From a virus (taxonomy: Duplodnaviria > Heunggongvirae > Uroviricota > Caudoviricetes), in IMG/VR virus record IMGVR_UViG_2648501334_000005: a DNA stretch of 26,609 nucleotides; one strand, written 5' to 3'. The notes under the pieces were generated by a model that ran no database searches, was not told the origin of the DNA, and saw nothing but the letters and a program-made list of their open reading frames with translations. Shown one piece after another: positions 11,576 through 18,280 of the stretch (its first letter is position 1; each line of letters starts with the position of its first letter). Made by a program: the position numbers and the translations under genes.

Positions 11576-11887
11576 ATGTTTAACGTGATAACCCACCCTG
11601 CAGCACTGGATGAACTGCTTGAACTACCAGATGATCTGCGAGGTCGCATGACCAGATTAATTGAGCGACTGGAGAAAGAAGGCAACAAACTGAAGATGCC
11701 CCATAGCCGTGTAATAGGTGGAGGGCTTTTTGAACTACGAGTAGGGGATAAAAACATCGCAAGAACGCTGTACGCCTACGCGACTGGTAACGAAATTTAT
11801 CTATTGCATGCATTTGTAAAAAAGACACAGAAAACACCGGTGAAGGCTATCGAAATCGCCAGAACTCGCCTGAAGGAGATGAACTGA
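11576..11887 (+). CDS. Type II toxin, RelE/ParE superfamily (HigB-like / Gp49-like), 103 aa
   Basis: Track ORF. C-terminal LFELRVGDKNIARTLYAYATGNEIYLLHAFVKKTQKTPVKAIEIARTRLKE matches the Gp49/HigB-like consensus. GGAGG Shine-Dalgarno before the ATG. Stop overlaps the next ATG (TGATG). Confidence 0.75.
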   Translation: MFNVITHPAALDELLELPDDLRGRMTRLIERLEKEGNKLKMPHSRVIGGGLFELRVGDKNIARTLYAYATGNEIYLLHAFVKKTQKTPVKAIEIARTRLKEMN

Positions 11888-12174
11888 TGAAAGCGAAAGG
11901 CATCCCGTTTAACGAAGTAAAAGAAAAACTCCTCAACACTCCAGAAGCCGTCAAAGGATATGAAGAGGCCGACAAAGAGCTGGAGATGGTCGAAATGTTA
12001 TACGAAATGAGGGAAAGAGCAGGTTTAACGAAATCAGCTCTGGCTGAACGAATGGGGTTGCGACCGTCAGCCATCAGCCGCCTGGAAAGCAATCCTTTAG
12101 GGGCAAGTATGAAAACTTTGGCTAAATATGCTCATGCCTGCGGCGCAACCATCGATATTCGCGCTGTTTATTAA
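11887..12174 (+). CDS. HTH XRE-family antitoxin (HigA-like), 95 aa
   Basis: Track ORF. Helix-turn-helix segment LTKSALAERMGLRPSAISRLESN. Translationally coupled downstream of the toxin, in the toxin-first order typical of HigBA. Confidence 0.75.
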   Translation: MKAKGIPFNEVKEKLLNTPEAVKGYEEADKELEMVEMLYEMRERAGLTKSALAERMGLRPSAISRLESNPLGASMKTLAKYAHACGATIDIRAVY

Positions 12175-12216
12175 TTAGACTCTTTTACTACCCCGTCCAG
12201 AAGGGCGGGGTGTGCA

Positions 12217-12420
12217 TCAATGATGTGAACGCTCAACAGCGATAGTTTTCTGACAATGCTGGGCAATCTCTCGCGACATGTTGATGAGTCGTGAAACCTC
12301 ACCAATATGTAGGCTGGCTTCTGGAGAAGCCAGGGTGACGCTAACCAGATCCAGAACGGCGTCAATATCTCTTAAATTTGAATCGAGTTGTTCAAGAGTT
12401 GATACGGCTGCTTCAGACAT
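12217..12420 (-). CDS. Hypothetical protein, 67 aa
   Basis: Track ORF. No family recognised. Confidence 0.35.
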   Translation of the reverse strand: MSEAAVSTLEQLDSNLRDIDAVLDLVSVTLASPEASLHIGEVSRLINMSREIAQHCQKTIAVERSHH

Positions 12421-12502
12421 TAAATCTCATACCATTTAACTAAAAAAGGTTATTTATACTGTATAAAATTACAGGGTAAAACTCAAACTTTACGGTCAAT
12501 TT

Positions 12503-12745
12503 TCAATGAATTAACTGCGTAAACTGCTGTGTGGCCCGATACTTATGCTCTCTCCCTATGCCACGATCAACTTTCTCAAGAAGTCCAGTACGGACAGCAG
12601 AATCAAGCATCCTTTTAACAATTCTGCTATTTAACCCAACATCAAAAGCAAGCATCGAAGCGAAAACAAACCCATCACCACCATCAGAAAAGCTCTTTTC
12701 GCTCCGTTTTCGTATCATTTCAAAAAGCAATGCCTTTTTATCCAT
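12503..12745 (-). CDS. Hypothetical protein, 80 aa, possible winged-helix DNA-binding fold
   Basis: Track ORF. No family recognised. Confidence 0.4.
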   Translation of the reverse strand: MDKKALLFEMIRKRSEKSFSDGGDGFVFASMLAFDVGLNSRIVKRMLDSAVRTGLLEKVDRGIGREHKYRATQQFTQLIH

Positions 12746-12763
12746 TTATCCCTCCGTGACCAG

Positions 12764-13090
12764 TCACGCTTTGAGTGCAAGTTTCAGCCTCGTGGTTGTA
12801 AGGTGGCATGACCCTTCGCCATCAAAAATGCATTCTGAAACAGGCATTTTTTGACCACATCGCGGGCAAGTAGTAGATAGCTGCTTCTGCAGCTCCTTAT
12901 AGTTTTTCCTGATCAGCAAACCAATGACTTCGTTCTCCGAATATGGAACTCGCCCTGGTCTACGCAATACACAAATTTCCCCCAACATACGTAACTCGTC
13001 AGGTTCTAGAATCCAGTCCCGTCTTGATGTGCCTTCCTTCTTCAATCGTTCCCTGCGTCTCCTTTGCCGTTCTGCCGGTGTCAGCGCCAT
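12764..13090 (-). CDS. Hypothetical protein, 108 aa, arginine-rich N-terminus and a CPRCG zinc-ribbon-like motif
   Basis: Track ORF. No family recognised. Confidence 0.4.
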   Translation of the reverse strand: MALTPAERQRRRRERLKKEGTSRRDWILEPDELRMLGEICVLRRPGRVPYSENEVIGLLIRKNYKELQKQLSTTCPRCGQKMPVSECIFDGEGSCHLTTTRLKLALKA

Positions 13091-13105
13091 AAATCCTCCT
13101 GAAAA

Positions 13106-13855
13106 TTACTTAACCCAATTAACTACACCGCCAGCGGCCACAACCGCCCTTTCACAGTCACGCTCATATCTCAAAGGTTGAAATACACCATCAATAAAAT
13201 ATTTATCTCCACCAAACGCTGCAGGAAGTGAAACAGAAAACTGAATATAACCATCCGGAGTTACCGGAGAGTTGCCAGCCAGTCTACGCAACACAGCCTT
13301 AACCGCCTCAATACGGTCATCATCGCAATTTTCCAGCGTATCTATGCGATCGAGCATGATGATGGCGTTATCAATATCAGGATTGCCGGTCCACTCATTA
13401 CCGCGATTGGATTCGGCAGCCTGGTTGCCGTGTACTGTTTGATTCTCGGCTTTACCCAGTCTGTCGTCGCTGCATGAATGCCCTTCCAGCCAGGCCAATG
13501 CTTGTCGCATGAAATACGCAATATGTTTGCCGTGGTAATCGTCTTCATCGATGTGAAAAGCGATACTGCGGATGTATTCAATTGCGTTTTCAATGGCCTC
13601 CGGCGTTATCGGCGCTGGCGGCGCAGCGAATAGATATCCGCCAAAATCAGGAAGCTCTCCAATGGCCTGTACGAACTTTTGTTTGCCTACGTCAATTCCT
13701 AATGGGTAGTGAGCTATAATCTTTGCCACTGGCTCTGCTTCCAGCGAGGCTAACGCTATTTCATAAGCCCGGCGCTCAATATTGTCTCGCACGTCCAGGC
13801 TGCCTATACGCTCTTTGATTTCTTTAATCAGTTCTTTGTCGGTAAAAGTAGTCAT
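13106..13855 (-). CDS. Hypothetical protein, 249 aa
   Basis: Track ORF, long and uninterrupted. No family recognised. Confidence 0.5.
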   Translation of the reverse strand: MTTFTDKELIKEIKERIGSLDVRDNIERRAYEIALASLEAEPVAKIIAHYPLGIDVGKQKFVQAIGELPDFGGYLFAAPPAPITPEAIENAIEYIRSIAFHIDEDDYHGKHIAYFMRQALAWLEGHSCSDDRLGKAENQTVHGNQAAESNRGNEWTGNPDIDNAIIMLDRIDTLENCDDDRIEAVKAVLRRLAGNSPVTPDGYIQFSVSLPAAFGGDKYFIDGVFQPLRYERDCERAVVAAGGVVNWVK

Positions 13856-13858
13856 GTG

Positions 13859-14146
13859 TTAGTCCTCATCCACTTCAACGCCATCTTTCAGCGTGATGCC
13901 GTGCCAATCATCAGCCCAACTGGTTAGCCCTGGCGCATCAATGCTAGGCATATAGACGCTTGCAGTGTGGTAGCCCTTATCGTTATCAATGCTGGCAACG
14001 TGCTCACCGTTGTATGCGCTCAGCGTGTCCAGGACGCTATAAAACTTTCCTCCGGCTGCCCTGAAATCCTTTACAGCCTTCACAAGGCGATTCCACGCTT
14101 TTTCCTGTTCCGGCGTCAGGTCGACTAATTCCTGCAAAGTTGCCAT
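13859..14146 (-). CDS. Hypothetical small acidic protein, 95 aa
   Basis: Track ORF, tightly packed with its neighbours. No family recognised. Confidence 0.45.
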   Translation of the reverse strand: MATLQELVDLTPEQEKAWNRLVKAVKDFRAAGGKFYSVLDTLSAYNGEHVASIDNDKGYHTASVYMPSIDAPGLTSWADDWHGITLKDGVEVDED

Positions 14147-14147
14147 A

Positions 14148-14660
14148 TCACTCTCCTTTGATGCGAATGCCAGCGGCGCGGATTGCAGCGATGACTTCAG
14201 AAACTTTGTATGCCATTACCGTTTGGTAATCATCGTGAAAATCTGTTCGATGAAGCATGCTGCTACGTTCCGGGAGCAGTATTTCCCGCTCCTCCAGTTC
14301 TGCTACGCGCTGTTTTGCAGCATCCAGCTCAATCGACAATTTTTCCAACTGCTCTTTATGCTTCTTGTATTCCTGATATGCGTGCCAAGACTGACCTTTG
14401 CGCACACTATCAGTGATATCAGTAATCTGTTCTGGTGTTAGCGTGGTCAGTGGCTGTGATGGGAAAATAAGCACTTTACCGGAATCCCAATCAAAACCAG
14501 CGTGAATTGACTGAACCTCAACTGAAGGTGTTGAACCAATGCTGCCAGGCGAATGAACAACGATTGTTACATCCATATCGCGACGATGGCTGTGGTTGTT
14601 GGACAAAATACGATTCAACAAAATACGATTCACCAACTCAGAAAATTTAGAAAATTTCAT
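14148..14660 (-). CDS. Hypothetical protein, 170 aa (start may instead be the internal Met at about 14576)
   Basis: Track ORF. The 5' part contains a tandem 15-bp repeat. No family recognised. Confidence 0.45.
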   Translation of the reverse strand: MKFSKFSELVNRILLNRILSNNHSHRRDMDVTIVVHSPGSIGSTPSVEVQSIHAGFDWDSGKVLIFPSQPLTTLTPEQITDITDSVRKGQSWHAYQEYKKHKEQLEKLSIELDAAKQRVAELEEREILLPERSSMLHRTDFHDDYQTVMAYKVSEVIAAIRAAGIRIKGE

Positions 14661-14947
14661 GCTGATTCACCTTTCTCTGCTCTCTCCTGTCGGAACATCA
14701 CTATCATCAGGTCGCCTTTTGTCGCTATCCTGGCTGTTGTGCCTGGCTCAATGCGGCTAAGTTCAAATGCGCCATAGAACGCCTCCAACGCTTTCTGGCG
14801 TAGTTCCTGTTTGCGCCGTTTTTTCCACTGTTTTAGGAAAATGGAACCCAGCCATCGCCATGTACGGGACATGATGTAAAGCCAACCGAGAAGTGCCAGA
14901 CCGGTATTTAGGGCCGTATCGATCGTTATCGTGGTGTCGATATTCAC
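14657..14947 (-). CDS. Hypothetical small membrane protein, 96 aa
   Basis: Track ORF. One hydrophobic helix (LNTGLALLGWLYIMS) then a basic region. Start overlaps the upstream stop; stop overlaps the next start. Confidence 0.4.
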   Translation of the reverse strand: MNIDTTITIDTALNTGLALLGWLYIMSRTWRWLGSIFLKQWKKRRKQELRQKALEAFYGAFELSRIEPGTTARIATKGDLMIVMFRQERAEKGESA

Positions 14948-15366
14948 TACGCCACCTCCTGAAAATTTCCCTGATAAAAAGCCAGCACACGCTGCATAAC
15001 TTCACTTTTCCGGCAATCGTGACAAATCATGTTCAAGCGCCTGTCGTAACGACGTATTTCTCCGTCAGGTAATGACCAGATAAGGTCTGGATCAACCACT
15101 ACCGATTTCTTCGGCTTTACTCTTGATAGCTTTTTGCGGGCGTTTTGCCAGTCCTTGCGCGCTTGTGCAGACAGAAATATCCCGGAGCCAGAGATATACA
15201 AATCACCACTGGCAGCAAGCTCTCTTGATAAACGACTAACAGCACACCGGCTAATACCAGTTTCATCCGCAAGTTGCCTAACAGTTCCTCGTCCATTCAG
15301 GCGCACGAGTTCCACAATTTGTTTATTCAGTTCTTCTCTCTGTTCTGGTGTAAAAGCCTTTGCCAT
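14947..15366 (-). CDS. Hypothetical HTH-containing protein, 139 aa
   Basis: Track ORF. HTH-like segment VRQLADETGISRCAVSRLSRELAASG. Coupled to the exonuclease gene. Confidence 0.5.
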   Translation of the reverse strand: MAKAFTPEQREELNKQIVELVRLNGRGTVRQLADETGISRCAVSRLSRELAASGDLYISGSGIFLSAQARKDWQNARKKLSRVKPKKSVVVDPDLIWSLPDGEIRRYDRRLNMICHDCRKSEVMQRVLAFYQGNFQEVA

Positions 15367-15965
15367 TACGATTCTCCTTGCCCTTTTACAAGACGGGAGA
15401 AAATTGCGGATACATATTTAGCCTGATGAATAGCATCAGCCAGGGCATTGTGTCGTTCGCCATCAAATGGCATATCTTTTTTAGGATTAAAACCAATAAA
15501 CTGACCAAGATTAACGATTGTTCGAACATCCTGATCATTAAAATATTCCCACGGACAGGCTAAGCCAACGCGCTCATAAGCACCGCGTAAAATAACATTA
15601 TCGAAAGTTGCTCCATTTCCCCATACTTTCAATTTTTTTAAATTACATGCATGGCAAGTAATAAAGTGTGATAATTCAAAAAGTGCATCCTTAATATCAA
15701 GGGCATCATTAGTACAAATTGCGGCTCTGGCTTCCTTGCTCTGTTTCAACCACCATAAAATGGTATCACCATCGGCGACACCACCATTCAACATAGAGCT
15801 TCTGAGATTCACTGGCACATAAAAAGTAGGACCTAATTCCTCACTTTCTGGAGAAAAAAACACTGCCCCGATAGAAACAATTGGAGCACATGTGTTAGTA
15901 CCCATTGTTTCAAGGTCAATCATTACATCAGACCGTTTCCTGTCGTAAATAATCTGATTAGTCAC
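15366..15965 (-). CDS. DEDDh-type (DnaQ-like) 3'-5' exonuclease, 199 aa
   Basis: Track ORF. Exo I motif MIDLETMG and Exo III motif HNALADA are present. Confidence 0.75.
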   Translation of the reverse strand: MTNQIIYDRKRSDVMIDLETMGTNTCAPIVSIGAVFFSPESEELGPTFYVPVNLRSSMLNGGVADGDTILWWLKQSKEARAAICTNDALDIKDALFELSHFITCHACNLKKLKVWGNGATFDNVILRGAYERVGLACPWEYFNDQDVRTIVNLGQFIGFNPKKDMPFDGERHNALADAIHQAKYVSAIFSRLVKGQGES

Positions 15966-15988
15966 GAATAATTCTCCTCAACGTTTAT

Positions 15989-16192
15989 CTATACCCAAAT
16001 TTTCTGTTGATATGTTCTGGATGGTTTTGGCGTTCTTTCTGATTCAGGTAAATGAACATAAACGCAATATCCATCACCTAAAAAATCAGAACGAACAACC
16101 AGAACTTTCTTACCACGCCGCCGATAAGTATCTGAAAGACGCTCTGCTTCATCATGCGTCATCGGCCCCTGCTTAAATGGCGTTATTTTCAT
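15989..16192 (-). CDS. Hypothetical protein, 67 aa
   Basis: Track ORF 15989..16216 trimmed to ATG 16192..16190 (MKITPFKQGPMTHDEAERL...). The track's upstream extension is the palindrome itself. Confidence 0.4.
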   Translation of the reverse strand: MKITPFKQGPMTHDEAERLSDTYRRRGKKVLVVRSDFLGDGYCVYVHLPESERTPKPSRTYQQKIWV

Positions 16193-16493
16193 TTTCTTGT
16201 GCGACCACGGTCGCACCCTCTCTGATTTCCAAGTAACGCTTAATCCAAAGATTTTCTATATGCTTATTACCTGGCTGATTTGATAAATACCAATCGGCAA
16301 TTACAGACTGCTTATTACTATCTGGCCGTGTCCTGTAACCACAAGTTGGACACCAGATAACATATTCATTTCTTACCCCCGAATACCTTAATTCTGGCTT
16401 CGACGGTTTCCTGAACATAACTTGTTTACAAAGGCAGAATGGCACTTCCTGCCCGATGGCGTTTGATGATTTCACTGCGCTTCTCCGCCGCAT
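16173..16493 (-). CDS. Zinc-ribbon protein, possibly Lar-family restriction alleviation protein (start uncertain)
   Basis: Track ORF. YVIWCPTCGYRTRPDSNKQSVIADW resembles the Lar-family pattern of CxxC followed by an AIxAW motif. The 3' end encodes ATVVAQ across palindrome copy 4. Confidence 0.35.
   Translation of the reverse strand: MRRRSAVKSSNAIGQEVPFCLCKQVMFRKPSKPELRYSGVRNEYVIWCPTCGYRTRPDSNKQSVIADWYLSNQPGNKHIENLWIKRYLEIREGATVVAQENENNAI
16199..16216. promoter_or_regulatory. sopC-like 18-bp palindrome GTGCGACCACGGTCGCAC, copy 4
   Basis: Identical to copies 1 and 2. Lies in the 3' end of the Lar-like ORF, just upstream of the next gene start. Confidence 0.5.
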
Positions 16494-17136
16494 TTAATAA
16501 TGCAGTTCGATTTAAGCTCAGACATCGCGACTTAATTAAAAGCCAGCGTTCTTTATAATCTTGTCTCCAGCTATCAATAGATATATTCAGTAGAAAACTC
16601 AGATGCCTGTCCTGTTCTCTCTCATCAACTGCCTCAGCACACGTAAGTTCTGATTTAACCTGTTGTGCCGCGTAATAAATCAATTTCCGCATGGCTTTTT
16701 TCGTGGAGGCCTTCATTTTTTTAAAGCCCCCCCCCGAATGAGCAACCAGAAAATCAAGCCATAACCACTGACAAACAATCACATCATTGTTGTAATCAGG
16801 CTTGCATCCGTAGCAATAATAAAGCCAGGCTGATTCCTCGTTATTCAACTGACCAATAGCCCTGCGCCAGCTGGCGCTCTGAAAATCAATATCAGTGAGC
16901 AACATTGATGATTGTTTAAATGTTTTCCCCTGGTGGAATCTAACCGGCTCAGCAGGAACGGACACTTCGTATGAGTTATCATCCCCCACACTGATTGACC
17001 GGACTGGTTTATTGTTAAACCGTCCTGATCTACCGAGACGCATCTGCTCAAGCTGGACCTCCAGAATGCCACGCTGGCGATAATGAACATCGGCCAATGC
17101 CGTAGAGACGCAGCTGCGTATATACTCAAGCTCCAC
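16426..17136 (-). CDS. Putative late-gene antiterminator Q-like protein (assigned by position directly downstream of cro; family not confirmed), 236 aa
   Basis: Track ORF overlapping the cro-like stop. Cysteine cluster YYCYGCKP...C. In N15 the immB region is organised cB-cro-Q. Sequence is not lambda-Q-like. Confidence 0.35.
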   Translation of the reverse strand: MELEYIRSCVSTALADVHYRQRGILEVQLEQMRLGRSGRFNNKPVRSISVGDDNSYEVSVPAEPVRFHQGKTFKQSSMLLTDIDFQSASWRRAIGQLNNEESAWLYYCYGCKPDYNNDVIVCQWLWLDFLVAHSGGGFKKMKASTKKAMRKLIYYAAQQVKSELTCAEAVDEREQDRHLSFLLNISIDSWRQDYKERWLLIKSRCLSLNRTALLNAAEKRSEIIKRHRAGSAILPL

Positions 17137-17347
17137 GCTTACGACTCTCCTTAATCGACTGCTTTACCCGCCGAGTTGTAAAGTCACTCTTCAGCTTATA
17201 AGCAGTACGAACTTCAATATCGCTTTGCCGCAATGAAGGAATCTCTCCAGCGGTTAACCATTGGTAAACAGCTCCGGGTGTTACACCTACCCCTGCTGCT
17301 GCTTTTTCTACACTGCCAAAGTGGCGAATAAGTTCTTCTGGTTTCAT
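17126..17347 (-). CDS. cro: Cro-like HTH regulator (YdaS-type), 73 aa
   Basis: Track ORF 17126..17374 trimmed to ATG 17347..17345 (MKPEELIRHFGSVEKAAAGVGVTPGAVYQWLTAGEIP...). Divergent from the cB-like gene, with operators in between. Confidence 0.65.
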   Translation of the reverse strand: MKPEELIRHFGSVEKAAAGVGVTPGAVYQWLTAGEIPSLRQSDIEVRTAYKLKSDFTTRRVKQSIKESRKRGA

Positions 17348-17374
17348 GTTGTTATTATAAACAATAAACAACAA

Positions 17375-17416
17375 TTAAAGCCAGCTATAATAAATAAATT
17401 TTATAGCCAGCTATAA
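17375..17416. promoter_or_regulatory. Two 16-bp palindromic operators (O1 TTAAAGCCAGCTATAA at 17375-17390; O2 TTATAGCCAGCTATAA at 17401-17416) in the cro/cB divergent promoter region
   Basis: Half-sites TTATAGC/GCTATAA with a 2-bp centre, repeated 26 bp apart between the divergent cro-like and cB-like starts. Confidence 0.5.
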
Positions 17417-17438
17417 GAAGATCATTTATGATTACAGT

Positions 17439-18035
17439 ATGAAAACACGAGGCGAACGACTGAAAGCACGCCGTTTAGAGATGAAGCTGACGTTGCGAGA
17501 AGTTGCTGAGGCTGTCGATATCTCTATAGCAGGCGTCCAAAACTTAGAACGTGGCGACGTAATGCCGTCACTGGAGATAGGTATTGCCCTGGCTAAGTGC
17601 TTACGCAAGCCAGTGCATTGGGTGCTATATGGGACAGAATATGACCCTGATCGCATTCCTGTTATTGGCACAACTGAAAGTGGGCCGGATGAAGAGTGGA
17701 AGCCGGGACAGGTTCCAAATACTGAGCGATTCCTGCCATTCATCAGCCAGCGCAATACTGTGTATGCGTTAACTATCAGCAATCTTACGCAGGGAAACTA
17801 TCAGCCAGGCGATTTTCTCCTGGTCGATTCTGCGCTGGAACTGGTCCCCGGCGAGGATGTTCTGGTTCGTGATACTGCAGGAAATATCACTATCCAGCGC
17901 CTGGCCCGTTTTGATGATGAAAATTACTATCTGGATGGAACAAACTCACAACGCGCCATCTTCAGGAAAAGCGATCTTGAATTTGTTCACCAAATAGTCG
18001 GAACGATCAAATCATTCATGGTTGAGGGTAGATGA
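17439..18035 (+). CDS. cB: Prophage repressor CB/CI-like (N-terminal HTH XRE domain, C-terminal S24 LexA-like domain), 198 aa
   Basis: Track ORF. N-terminal HTH LTLREVAEAVDISIAGVQNLERG. C-terminal domain with lambda-CI-like segments PGDFLLVD...GEDVLVRD. Divergent from cro. Confidence 0.8.
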   Translation: MKTRGERLKARRLEMKLTLREVAEAVDISIAGVQNLERGDVMPSLEIGIALAKCLRKPVHWVLYGTEYDPDRIPVIGTTESGPDEEWKPGQVPNTERFLPFISQRNTVYALTISNLTQGNYQPGDFLLVDSALELVPGEDVLVRDTAGNITIQRLARFDDENYYLDGTNSQRAIFRKSDLEFVHQIVGTIKSFMVEGR

Positions 18036-18124
18036 CTTAATACGGGGTTTATTGTTTGCTGTAAATCTGGTTTAATGCAGGGCATATGTTCTGTGGGTTG
18101 ACTCAGGTTACAGCAGCAGAAAAA

Positions 18125-18164
18125 AGACGAAAAAAAACCCGAGTCGGCAAACTCGGGTCCTTTT
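18125..18164. terminator. Bidirectional intrinsic terminator downstream of the cB-like gene
   Basis: CCCGAGTCGGCAAACTCGGG hairpin flanked by an A-run on the 5' side and TCCTTTTC on the 3' side. Confidence 0.5.
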
Positions 18165-18280
18165 CAGGAAGCAGCCACAGTAACGCGACGGATTCCGTCA
18201 ATTCAAGATGCGTTTATTGTGGCTGCTCCTGCGGATTTTTTCAACCCGAAAAAACATAATTCGCATGGAATGGCTAAAAA

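Noticed and set aside
16426-17136. Interpreting the 236-aa ORF after cro as a lambda O/P-type replication initiator
   Set aside because: Replication is accounted for by the 1331-aa RepA primase-helicase, and no iteron array is visible in this ORF; a Q-like role by position is more parsimonious, though unproven.
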